Assembly: GCF_001194135.2 (NCBI RefSeq)
Contig: NC_068992.1
Span: forward strand, 61,154,400 to 61,192,597
DNA from: Octopus bimaculoides
Taxonomy: Eukaryota
Reading direction: 5' to 3'
Length of the DNA: 38,198 nucleotides
Part shown: in pieces, positions 25,094 through 36,144 of the stretch
Layout: each line of letters starts with the position of its first letter
Numbering within the stretch: position 1 is the stretch's first letter
Position numbers and translations under genes: made by a program
Notes under the pieces: generated by a model
Database searches by the model: none
Told to the model about the DNA's origin: nothing
Seen by the model: only the letters and a program-made list of their open reading frames with translations

Positions 25094-25465
25094 TCTCTTT
25101 CTTTCTACATTGTCCTCCTCTCTATGTCTGCCATTTTCTTTCTCTGTATCTTTCACCTTCTCTTTGCACCCTTTCTCTCTGACTCGCTCTTTGTGTATTT
25201 CCCTCTCTCTATTTTGTCCACCCCCTCTCGTTTTCTATCACCTCTTCTCTTCATTCATCTCTATCTGCTCATCTTTCCTTTCTCTTTTGATCTGTGCATG
25301 CCCATTCTCTCTTATGCTGTCTACATCCCTTCGTCTCTGTCTGTTTCTCTCTTTCTTTCCCCTCTCTCTCTTTCCTTCATTAATGCATCACTTTCCATCT
25401 CTCTCTCTCCCTCCCTTCCTCCCTCAGTCTATGCTTTTCATTATTTCTATTTTTCCCTGTATATG
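24890..25465. repeat. Long pyrimidine-rich low-complexity tract including a pure (CT)n run
   Basis: Strong C/T bias on the + strand. Confidence 0.85.
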
Positions 25466-25467
25466 GA

Positions 25468-25468
<1 letters not shown>

Positions 25469-25525
<57 letters not shown>

Positions 25526-25607
25526 CTTTAACTGCTACTGTCTGCTGTTCTCAACTTTCAGACATTTAAAAAAAATATTTTTTAAATAATTGTATTTTAT
25601 TAATATT

Positions 25608-25655
<48 letters not shown>
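25469..25655. repeat. (CA)27 and (TG)22 microsatellites in inverted arrangement
   Basis: 25469-25522 and 25612-25655. Confidence 0.95.
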
Positions 25656-25657
<2 letters not shown>

Positions 25658-25934
25658 GTCATTGAAAATCTCTATTGGTTTGTTGGGATTAACCAACTTA
25701 TGATTAAGTAGTTTGCACTGACGGATACATTTAAGGATTTGCTCTTCCCACATTGAGTGGGTCAGGTGACCACCTAAAGTGTTGTGTAATAAGTTATGTA
25801 ATTGCAATATACAAAGTAAATGCCTGTTACTTTACTAGGTCCATGGAATGATTTGAGTTCAGCATTAAAAGCAAATGAAACACTCATATGAATTACAATA
25901 TAACACAATAAATATATACATACACACACACGCA

Positions 25935-26530
25935 CTAGACTACCTATAACCCGTTGGGGTCACTGACGGTTGAGGTTATAAAACATTGAAGCTGATTTCA
26001 AGATTGCATTGAAATGAAAGTTGATTTCATGATTATTCAGTTAAATATTTCAATTCATTTGTGTCGTAGATCTGGTTTACAAGTTCATGTTTAAGGTTTT
26101 ATTGATTATTCACAGCATCTAATAGAAATAGAACTTCTGAGATAAACTTGAACTCCAGTAACAGCATTTATTTATGTCATATGTGCATACTTCTACAAAA
26201 ATGTAAAAGGAATTGTTATATAACATAAACATAAAATTAATGGAAACAGTTTTCACAATATTATATATTCCCATTTCAGGGTTATGTTACTTTTGGAGTA
26301 TTTTCCCATCATGTGCCATTTTGGTTATTTATGAAGGTACCCCAAAAAACTGCTTATCTCGAGATTCCATGGCACAATTTGTGAAACTTGTTTTATTCCA
26401 TTTGTATTCACATTTCAGGGGTGCCTTTTAGAGTATTTTCTAATTACGCACCGGTTTGGCTGTATTAAATTACAGATAAGAATGCAAGCAAGCAATCGCA
26501 GAGTTTTAGTAGTAGTAGTAGTAGTATATT
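25935..26530 (-). mobile_element. Non-autonomous Helitron-like element, about 600 bp
   Basis: Minus strand ends in a hairpin (25951-25969), about 12 nt, then CTAG|T (25935-25938). The other end reads TATACTACTAC...TAAAAC, similar to the TCTATACTA starts of invertebrate Helitrons. Internal direct repeats CATTTCAGGG...GAGTATTTTC near 26272 and 26411. Confidence 0.6.
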
Positions 26531-27033
26531 ACACAATACTCTTTGGCTATTGTTTAAGGTTAGTAGCATTGCATGTAAGCAGGTGTATGGGCACAAAATA
26601 AAGCTAACCATGGAAGAAAATCTACAAAATCAAATTCCCACTGAATTATGGCTAATTTTTAACTGGAAAAGTCTTAGAAGTTTTCTATGATAAGACACAT
26701 GGATGAAATAGTTTCTTGCTATCTTGCTTTGACTTCTTGCTTTGACTTCTTGCTTGTCACTGAATATTGAACTATATTTATATTCAGATTAGCATATGTG
26801 TCTGCTGTGTCATACAAGCATAAGTTACTTCAGTCCAGTGATGTATGAATGTCTCATTCATGAGCTAGCTATCACATCATCTAGCTAGATGAAGAAATCA
26901 TCATGTGTACTAATGTATAAATGAATTAGCATATTTCTAGAATTACACTCATGTGTTTGTGTAATTCATATTGTAATTGTGCTCTTCAGTAGGATGACCT
27001 TCAAGTAATGTGTATATGTCTATCTGTAGTTAG

Positions 27034-27093
<60 letters not shown>

Positions 27094-27199
27094 GTTTTTA
27101 TGATCCTTATGTTTCCTTTCCATGCTGGCATGAGTTGGATGGGTTGTCACAGTCTAATTCATTTCCGAACCAGAGTTAAAGATTAAAATATCCCATTTG

Positions 27200-27388
27200 C
27201 ACACTGTTGGTGGAATGAAAAAAAGCACCCAGTACATGCTGTAAAGTGGTTGGCATTAGGAAGGGCATCAAGCCATAGAGACCACACCAAAGTGGACATT
27301 GGAGCATAATGCTGTCCTTGGACTGATCATATTCTGTCAAACTGTCCAAGCATGCCAACATGGAAAATGGACATTAAATGATGATGGA
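27200..27388 (+). mobile_element. Family C element with (ATG)n tail; a short inverted tail fragment lies at about 27110-27150
   Basis: tggttggcattaggaagggcatcaagccatag...catggaaaatggacattaaatgatgatg. Confidence 0.8.
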
Positions 27389-28456
27389 GTTCCACAATGA
27401 AAAACATCTTGGTGACTCTTTGTTCATTGACTTTCACGTAACTGGAAATCAATGGAGGAGATAAATTTGGCATTACAGAATCCGACTTTCAGCTTGGATT
27501 TTTAAGAGTGCAAATACTTACGTAATGCAAGGGATATCTCTATGTGTATGTATGTGTCTCCTGCTACATATATATATATATATATATATATATAAGGAGA
27601 GGGTATCCCCTGCATTACACACACAAGCTCAAACATTCATCTGAAACCAAAGTTTCATTCATACATTATACAATTACAGAGACTTTGGTGCTGCATGTTC
27701 TTGTTGTTGTTATAAAGGAACACCTCACCTATAAGATATATAACATGGGACTGTGAATGAGTAACAAGAGTAAAGCCTGTGTGGGACACAAGTAGGGATG
27801 TGTAGGCTAAAGGGCTTCAGGTAAATAAAGATAAATTTTAAAATAACACTCTACTTCATGTGGTGAGTGTACTTGCATTTCTATCCCCTGAGGGGGTGGG
27901 TTTTTCATTGTGTGTGCGCTCTGCGCTCAGGATTTTTTTCTCTTACTCATCTGTCAATCTTTGATAAATACAAAACCTGTTTTAATGGAGTATATTATTA
28001 TTGTTATATTTTTGTCAATCAATTTTTATTATTTGTATTATTACCTTTCCTTTTCAGTGAGCTAAAGCAAACTTAACCAACATCATTGCATTTAATTAAT
28101 TGATTGATTACATTTTCTAATATAAAAAAAATTTAAAAATAAACCATGTCATATATTGTTTTGTTTGTTTTTATTTAAAGGAAACTAAAATAAAAAAAAC
28201 AAAAAAACAAAACATTCAGCAAGAAACTAAAATAAAAAAAAAACAAAAAAACAAAAAATTCAGCAAGACATTGAAAATGTCTAAAATTATTTCAAGCTTA
28301 TTTTAAGAAATCCATTTTAGTTGTTATAAAATTAGTTGAATTTATTTCTGTAACATTCTAAGATTTAAATATAGATATCTTCTAAATTTTTTAAATGTTT
28401 AGATTCACCCATAAAAACACAAAAATTATGTTTCCTTTTTATTTTCCTTTTGTTTC

Positions 28457-28700
28457 ATGGCTTAGTGGTTAGGGTGTTGCACTCACAATTAGGTGGTGAT
28501 TTGTGTTCTTGAGCAAAACACTTCATCTCATGTTACTCTGTGATCACTTCGACACCTGATGCATGGTACAACATGCACCTGTTCAGACAGCATCAATTTG
28601 ATGGAGAGAGTGAGCTAATGTGCGGCACAAATATTTGACCTCTATAAACAAATCATTTATGCAGGTCATTTGGCAAAGAGCTGAACACTCATACATTGTC
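28457..28700 (+). mobile_element. Family E SINE
   Basis: catggcttagtggttagggtgttgcactcac...tgtgttcttgagcaaaacacttca; body homologous to 37466-37700. Confidence 0.85.
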
Positions 28701-28716
28701 TTCAATGGGAGAGTTC

Positions 28717-29070
28717 ATTATTATTATTAAGTGAGAGAGCAGTGCATGCCATCAAAGTGACACTCCAGTACAAATATACAAAGTCCAATATACCCATCAT
28801 GACTACATGTCTGATAAGGGTACACCACACATAGGCATCACAACCAAATGTGTGTGACATGGTGATCTCATATCAAGATAAACAGTGCATGACCCTTCAG
28901 GTGGGGCCCAGTTAGGATCTTCTGCAGGTTGAGTAACCTATCTTGCCCAAAAGGTCCTCTGCTTGTGATCAGAGATGTACATATCATCAGCCACTAAGGG
29001 ACATGCTCAACTGGTTAAGGTCAAACAAGCAAATCGGTGCTATTGAGCAGAATATCTGTTGTAAACCATA
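28717..29070 (-). repeat. Unclassified retroposon-like repeat, family F, with a (TAA)n tail (second copy 32495-32705)
   Basis: GTGAGAGAGCAGTGCATGCCATCAAAGTGACACT... is nearly identical to 32512-32700. Strand inferred from the microsatellite end. Confidence 0.75.
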
Positions 29071-29085
29071 ATCATTATTATTATA

Positions 29086-29528
29086 GCAGTGAGCTGGCAG
29101 AATTGTTAGCACACCAGACAAAATGCTTAGTTGCATTTCATTTACCTTTATTCTTTAGCATTCAAATGCTACTGAGGTTGACTTTGCCTTTCATCCTTTT
29201 GGTGTTGATTAAACAAATACCAGTTGAACACTGGAGTTGATGCAGTTGACTAACCCTCCTCCCTCAAAATTTCATGCCTTGTACCTATAGTAGAAAGGTT
29301 TATTATCATTTTTATGGCAGTGAGATGGTAGTGAGATTAATATGTCTGGCCAAAATGCTTAGCAGCATTTCTAGCTTTACGTTCTAAGTTCAAATACCAC
29401 CAAGGCTGATTTTGCTTTCCATCCTTTTAGAGTCAACAAAATTAGTACCAGTTGAACACTGGGGTTGATGTAATTGACTAACCTCTTCCAACACCAAAGT
29501 TTCAGGCCTTGTGTCTATAGTGGAAAGA
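29086..29528 (+). mobile_element. Head-to-tail pair of family A SINEs (29086-29298, 29316-29528)
   Basis: Both carry the head, core and agaaag tail, joined by an ATT-rich spacer. Confidence 0.85.
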
Positions 29529-30018
29529 ATTATTATTACTATTACTACTATTATTATTTTTGTTATTATTATTTACTAATATTATTTGCATTATTATTTT
29601 CGTTTGCATTATGATTTTTGTTATTTAAAAAAAATTTATAATTTCGGTATTTTTAATGTTTGCTTTCTTCAAATGATATGTTTTTCAGTATTTTAAGCCA
29701 TTAAATTGTATTATTTGATGCTTGTAATTACTTTTTATGGTCTCCTGTTTTTACTTATTGTATGTGTGTGTATATTTAACAGAAAAAATAACACACACAC
29801 ACACACACACACTCTCTCTCTCTCTCTAAGATTCTCTCTTTCACACTCACTCACAGACTTACATGCACATAGATTAATTTTACATATTTCCCACAATGAT
29901 ATATTTTGTTCTGCATGTAATGCGATACATATCAAATATATATTCTATATAAAATAGAGGCCATTAACCATTGTTGTCTGTATAATTTCATTTCATTATA
30001 TTAAAACTATTCTTAAAT

Positions 30019-30335
30019 CATCATCATCCTCATCATTTTAATGTCCACTTTTCTATGTTTGCATGGGTCAGAAGGGGTTTATTGAGGCAGATTTTCTATG
30101 GTAGTTTTCCCCTTTTTGTCACCAACTCTCACCTATTTCCAAACAAGATGATATTTTCCCATGGCCATACATGTTCTTGAAGAATATTAGAAATGAAGGA
30201 CACTGCTTGTATGATAGTGACAATCATTTTACAACTATCATGTAATGTCAAGATGAGGGGAGACACACACACGCACATTCATATAGGATGGGATTCTTTC
30301 AGTTTCCATCAACCAAATCCACTCACAAGGCTTCA
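30019..30335 (-). mobile_element. Family B long-tail SINE, head truncated
   Basis: Co-linear homology with 857-1200. Confidence 0.8.
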
Positions 30336-30639
30336 AAAGATTTAATCCATCATTCAGTTTAACACTATCATCTTGGTCTGTTTTTAGAAGAGTCCACTTT
30401 ATTACTAATTTTTGAATGAAGTCTCCACCCTAAAGATAGCTTCTTTCTTTCCTTGCACCAATCATAACATTTTTGAAATGGTCATGGACGCTACCATTTC
30501 TCTTCTGATGAAGTTATTGAAAAAAAAAAAAATTCAAGGATGGTAATCAAACCTTCCTCATGTGAGTTCAGTTAACCTTTCAGCTCTTTTGATACTAATT
30601 TGCCTGAGACTGACCCTTGTTTTACCACTTCAGTTCCAC

Positions 30640-30958
30640 ATACCGACTTAATAGCATCAGTTGGGCAAGTATCTTGATCAACTAAAGTCTTGTGAATAGA
30701 TTTAGTTGATAGAAACTGAAAGAAGCCCACCATTGTGTGTGTGTGTGTGACTTTTCTTGACATTGTGTGATTTCTAACTAAGTGTTACTGTTATACCAGC
30801 AGTATCATCTATTTTCAATATTTTGCAAAAGCATGTCAGGTCATGGGGAAATATTATCTTGCTAAGAAAGAAGTGATCGTTGGTGACAGGAAGGGCTTGC
30901 AGCTATAGAAAATCTGACCCATGCAAGTATGGAAAAGTGGACATTGAAACAATGATGA
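30640..30958 (+). mobile_element. Family B long-tail SINE, inverted relative to 30019-30335
   Basis: tgggcaagtatctt...gaaactgaaagaagccc-(TG)n-...ctgacccatgcaagtatggaaaagtggacattgaaacaatgatg. Confidence 0.78.
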
Positions 30959-31368
30959 TTTGGATGGGTAGGAAGAAACTAATTTTGAATTACTGGAAAC
31001 GTCTACAAAATCAACTCTCTTTCTGAGACGACATTTTAAAATCTATAATCAGGAGATTAAAGATTGCACGGGTACACCTTTCAAAAATGTAAATATCTTT
31101 ATTTGAGGCAATACTTGCAAATGACAGATATAAATATTGTTGTTTCTCCCCAGGGCAATTCTGATTGAGCAAGCCTAGGATCAAAGATTTTTCCGATGTG
31201 CAGTTCCATTTTGCTTCGTATATTAATGACTAAATCCATCCCATGTGTCCTATTCTTTCAATACTGTAGGATGTAATTTGAAGGGAAAGTGGTTTGCTAT
31301 TTCTAACAGATTAGGTGACAACATAGATGTTTCCTATGTTGGCTCACAGATAAACTCCTTTTTATCTC

Positions 31369-31371
<3 letters not shown>

Positions 31372-31456
<85 letters not shown>
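31372..31456. repeat. (TA)n(TG)n compound microsatellite
   Basis: Directly visible. Confidence 0.97.
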
Positions 31457-31458
<2 letters not shown>

Positions 31459-31786
31459 TGGGTGCATATGTTTGTGTAGATTACTTTTGAAGCATTTGTG
31501 CTAAGTAACTTTTGATTCAGTCTTTGGTGGTAGTGATAATATGAAGATACTGTTTGTAATGGTTAAGAATAGAATAGAAAACCAGATGTCTACTATGTGG
31601 GTGTGATGGTAGGTTGTTGCAAGGTGGGAGTGGTTAGGAAGTGCTGAAATGTGTTTATAGTTAGACAGACATGGACAGACAGGGTGGTACCTTAAATTCC
31701 ACTTGCTTTAGGTGGCCAGAGTATGTTAAATTTCTAGGAAAGTTTCTGTAGGAGGTTGATGCTTTTTCACATGCTAGAAGTGTCTA

Positions 31787-31820
<34 letters not shown>

Positions 31821-31821
<1 letters not shown>

Positions 31822-32177
31822 CACTGAGGTTGACTTTGCCTTTCATCCTTTCAGGGTCAATAAAATAAGTACCAGTTGATTGCTGGGGTCAATGTAATTG
31901 ACTTACCCTCTGCCTTGAACTTGCTGGCCTCATGCCAAAATTTGAAATCATTATTATTATTAAGGTGGCGAGCTGGCAGAATGGTTAGCATGCCAGGTGA
32001 ACTGCTTAGTAGCACTTTGTCTGTTTTTGCATTTTGAGTTCAAATTCCGCTGAGGTCGACTTTGCCTTTCATCCTTTCCGGGTTGATAAAATAAGCACCA
32101 GTCAAGTATTGGGGTTGATGTAATTGATTTACATCCTCCCACCAAAATTTCAGGCCTTGTGCCTACGGTAGAAAGGA
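31821..32177 (+). mobile_element. Tandem family A SINEs (5'-truncated 31821-31949; full-length 31964-32177) after an (ATT)n run
   Basis: Core GACTTTGCCTTTCATCCTTT occurs twice; the two copies have different tail types. Confidence 0.88.
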
Positions 32178-32201
32178 TTCTTATTGTTGTTGTTGATGAT
32201 G

Positions 32202-32494
32202 TTCTTTTAATCTTGGGTTTTGTTAGAACTCTCAGAGTCTAGCATGCATAGCAGGTTTGCTGCCTACAGCCTACAGTACCATGCTATCTGTTCTTTTCAG
32301 CTATTTAATACTTTCCTGATTATTGTAGCAGTGCCAAGGTAGCAAACCTTTTGTAACAGTTCTACTGGGCACTCTATTCCAATTCGCTTTATATTTCTCT
32401 TGATGCCTTCTGATACTGTTCCCAAGGACCCAACAGTAATTGGCACTATCTTCACCTTCTTCATTTTCTATAACTGGGCTATTTCGTACTTAAG
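32202..32494 (-). mobile_element. 5'-truncated R4/Dong/Rex6-like non-LTR retrotransposon 3' end (C-terminus of the restriction-like endonuclease region plus 3' UTR)
   Basis: 32494->32297 translates as LKYEIAQL*KMKKVKIVPITVGSLGTVSEGIKRNIKRIGIECPVELLQKVCYLGTATIIRKVLNS*. This matches my recall of R4-clade C-termini (VP..VG.LG.V...LLQK...LGT..I.RKVL). The internal TAG sits where W is expected. Confidence 0.8.
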
Positions 32495-32705
32495 ATTATT
32501 ATTATTGTTGAGTGAGAGCAGTGCATGCCATCAAAGTGACACTGGGGTACAAATATACGAAGCCCAATATGCCCATAATGACTACCCATCTGATAAGAGT
32601 ACACAAGGGACATGCATTACAACAGTGTGCTTGACATAGTGATCTTATATTGAGATAAACAGTGCATGTCCTTGCAGGTAGGGCCCAGTTAGAGTTTTCT
32701 CTCAG
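32495..32705 (-). repeat. Family F repeat, truncated copy
   Basis: Homologous to 28717-28925. Confidence 0.75.
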
Positions 32706-32989
32706 GAGTTCCCTCTTTGCTCATGTTTTTCTTGCAGTTGTTGACTGACTTAATGTTCCAAACAAAATATTAATGACATTAATTTCACTAGTCTTGGATA
32801 GGTTGCAAATATCATGAATCTTGTTCCTTCCTCCAGACCTAGCAAGTCAAGGGCAAAACTGCTGAGTTGAACTCAGGGTCAGAAACAATTATGAGTGTGC
32901 AAGTTTGGAACTTATTAATAGTTTCTTAGTGTAGAATTGAATGTCATTGTTATAGTTTTATTTAAGAAGTGCAAATATGGGACTTACTA

Positions 32990-33308
32990 GCGAAGAAAGG
33001 AAGGAGCACTCTGTCGGTTATGACAACGAGGGTCCTAGCTGATACGATCAACTGAACTGCTTGCTTGTGAAATTAACGTGCAAGTGGCTGAGTACTCCAC
33101 AGACATGTGTACCCTTAACGAAGTTCTCAGGGAGATTCAGTGGGATTCAGTGTGACAAGGTTGGCCCTTTGAAATACAGGTACTACTCACTTTTGCCAGC
33201 TGAGTGGACTGGAGCAACATGAAATAAAGTGCCTTACTCAAGGACACAACACATCACCAGGGATTGAACTCATGAGCTGAATGCCCTAACCACTAAGCTA
33301 TGAGCCTT
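32990..33308 (-). mobile_element. Family E-like SINE with a distinct long tail
   Basis: Reverse complement: gcttagtggttagggcattcag...gagttcaatccctgg...tgtgtccttgagtaaggcacttt. Confidence 0.75.
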
Positions 33309-33769
33309 ACTAGCAGCTACTTTAAATAGTTTAGTAGTGACACAGCCAGTTGATTGTCCTTCTAAACAAAAAGCAAAGGATAACAAGAAAGCAAAAGCAA
33401 AGGTGATTACCAAACAATAAAATAACATTACATGTATAGGAAAGCCTATGTGAGTGACTTGACCACCATCTGGTCTCTTGGTGTGTTAGAAATAGAAACC
33501 AAATCTGTTCTACATCATGCCATACCATCTTCAAAGATGGAAGGGTGCATTGGATAATATAGTGTAGTCCTGGGTACAATGCACCTACAAGAGAGATGGC
33601 ATTGTCATGATTGGAACGTCTTTCATGATCAGTCAACTCAGTCAGAGATATTGCTGGTCTAACTTACTACAACTACATGTCTCTGATGCACATACACCAA
33701 CACATACATATTGCAGTTATGTACCATAAAGTCTGTTTCATGTATGATTTTGTATGTTTCTTTTCATTG

Positions 33770-33772
<3 letters not shown>

Positions 33773-33804
<32 letters not shown>

Positions 33805-33820
33805 TTTATTTATTTATTTA
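33773..33820. repeat. (TTA)n followed by (ATTT)n
   Basis: Directly visible. Confidence 0.9.
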
Positions 33821-34559
33821 TTCCCTCTGTCTTCCAACACAAAACTCTGTTTCAAAGCTTACATTCTGCAAGTATGTCATGTTAAGTTTGCTTTAATTTT
33901 TTTCGATTTGCTTCATCAACTAAAATGCCAGTTACTTTTTGCTGAAGATGACTAATTAACTACTTTGCTTGAAAAGGTTGTTTAATTTTGTGCATCATCA
34001 TCATCATCATCATATGTCAGTTACTATGACAGTCGTCATCATCATGCTCCTTGTCTACTGTTGTCATTAATTCTGTCATCATCATCATTATTATTGTTAT
34101 TATTAGAGTCAAGAGGGTAATGGATTGACTGTTAGAATCCATTAGGCTAAATTTATCTTGCAGTATTAATTAAGGCTAAATTTACCTCAGTTAATTATCT
34201 TTAAAATATTTTTATATCTTTGTTTCTTCATTTTGTATTTAAGTCTTGTGACAGCTGGACTTGGCATTTTGTCCCCTTGAATAACAGTTGATAGGTGAAA
34301 TAACAATAATTAAAAAAAAAAACAAAAACAATTTGTAACTCTTAATTGGGTTACTTGTTTTTTTTTTGTTTTTTTTTGCTGTCATGTAGTGTATGTCAAG
34401 CATTATGTTATTTTACCAAGCCCTTACGTGTGACAGGCTTCCATACAATTTCTATTTCTGAAATTCTACTCCAAAGGCACTGGTTAACTTTAGGCTAGGT
34501 ATAAGAAATGTACCAAAGATAGTAAACCCCTTGTCAACTAGCATGAAGCTGCCCCCTGC

Positions 34560-34787
34560 CCAACCCCAGGCTTGTAGTCCTACGAATTGCATAGTGACCT
34601 CACTAGTGCAGGTGGCATGAAAAAAACACGTAGTCTACACTGTAAAATGGTTGGTATTAGGAAGGGCATTCAGCCATAAAACCATGCCAAAACAGACAAT
34701 GAGCAGTCTTTAGAGAAACCAGTTCCTTCTAAACTGTCCAACCCATGCTAGCATGGAACATGGACATTAAATGATAATGATGATGTG
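34560..34787 (+). mobile_element. Family C element with perfect CCATGCTAGCATGG palindrome and (ATG)n tail
   Basis: Homologous to 27200-27388. Confidence 0.8.
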
Positions 34788-35616
34788 TAGAGCAATCAAG
34801 AACTTGTGTCTAGTGTTGTTTGTTTTTATGCTTGCCTTCTCTTCTATTTGTTGTCTGCTCAACCACAAAGTATTTACTGGTCAGAGCAGTTAAGTTCAAA
34901 AAAGAAGTTGTGATGTTGTTTAGCCTCTGTGGGATCGAACCTGGAACCTCATGATTCATGAATTGCTGATCAAACTTCTTCATTCAACTATGTTGTGGTC
35001 ATTTGAGTGGTGTAATGAAACAGTAAGCAATTGTTTTCGGCTTGTTAATTCACCTTCCTATCAAGTTAACTCTAGTATGGGATTTTCAGGTAATGTGAGA
35101 TTAACCTTTATAAAATCCCTGAAAATATTTTTTTAAATATCAATATTCAACAAGATTTCTATACAAATAGTTGGAAATATACTTTGCAGCTCTTATTAGG
35201 AATAAGCATAAATGTGATAAAAAAAAATTGACACCTCATTCTGGGGTTTAATATTTGTTAGATATTTTTTCATTATCCTCATCATCATCATCATAATTAT
35301 CATTTTTATGATAATTGTTTTTTATGTTTCCTAATAAAATCTATATTTCTTTTAATATTTCCATTTCAGGATGTTTAATAAAATATATACACTTAAACAA
35401 AAATTAAAGAAAAACTGTTTAATAATATGAATAATAAATTCTCTTGTTGGTCCCCAACAGCCTAACAAGTTGTTAAGAACAATGCAAACAAACATAAAAC
35501 ACAAATACAACAATTGAGAAACATTGGGATTGGTGATGGCCTGCATGGAGTAAAGGGGCTGAAATCAATAAAGCAGTAAAAACAAATTAATAATAATAAT
35601 CAATAGCAATATAAAA

Positions 35617-36144
35617 CAGTGGTTCTTAATCTGGACAGTAGTAATCCCCAAGAGAATATTGTGAACTCACAAAAGACTGGCAAGTTTTAAGGGAGAGAAC
35701 TCCTTTTAAAATCTTAAGAAATTTTTTTTTAGAAATAAAATAATTTAACAAGGTGCAATATTTATGTTTTAAACATGTTTTTGAAGAAAAAAAGTCTTTC
35801 TTTAGCTTAGAATATAAGTTGGACAAGAAGACATGAATGATGTGCCAAAGTCGAATATAATTTCATTATATAAGTCCTTGTCTTTAGTAATTTCCTTAAC
35901 ATTTGACATTAGGAGCATTGATCTATGCAAATATCTAAAAAGAGGTATGTGGTGGAGTAGAATAGTAGAAGAAAATCATTACCATCATCAATGGATAATA
36001 AACCACTGAGCACAATTTTTGATTAAAATGTTTTGCATTTCTTTTTTTTTTTTTTTTTTTTTTTCACAAATGCTCCTTTCATAAAATATGTGAAGGGGAC
36101 ATGAGTAAAGTGGGGGTGCTGAACTACAAAATATTGAATCACTG
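35617..36144. mobile_element. Possible old hAT-type MITE
   Basis: Ends CAGTGGTTCTTAATCT and reverse-complement CAGTGATTCAATATTT (11/16 match); 8-bp flanks atataaaa / atgtatac match only 5/8. Confidence 0.3.

Noticed and set aside
25017-25589. 190-aa hydrophobic S/L/F-rich ORF
   Set aside because: Product of the polypyrimidine tract, which lacks stop codons by composition.
28181-28266. About 43-bp tandem duplication; shorter ones at 4066, 15843, 17980 and 26723
   Set aside because: Ordinary slippage duplications in AT-rich intron DNA.
146-31457. Long ORFs rich in YI/IY, HT/TH, VC/CV or X
   Set aside because: Translations of (TA)n, (CA)n, (TG)n microsatellites and N gaps.
34920-34990. Minus-strand tRNA-like sequence (GGTTCGATCCC)
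   Set aside because: No D-arm or acceptor stem; degenerate SINE head.
35888-35944. Phase-1/1 exon candidate ending KYLKRG before the FERM exon
   Set aside because: Lacks the expected HWL motif and phase-0 start, and lies inside a putative MITE.
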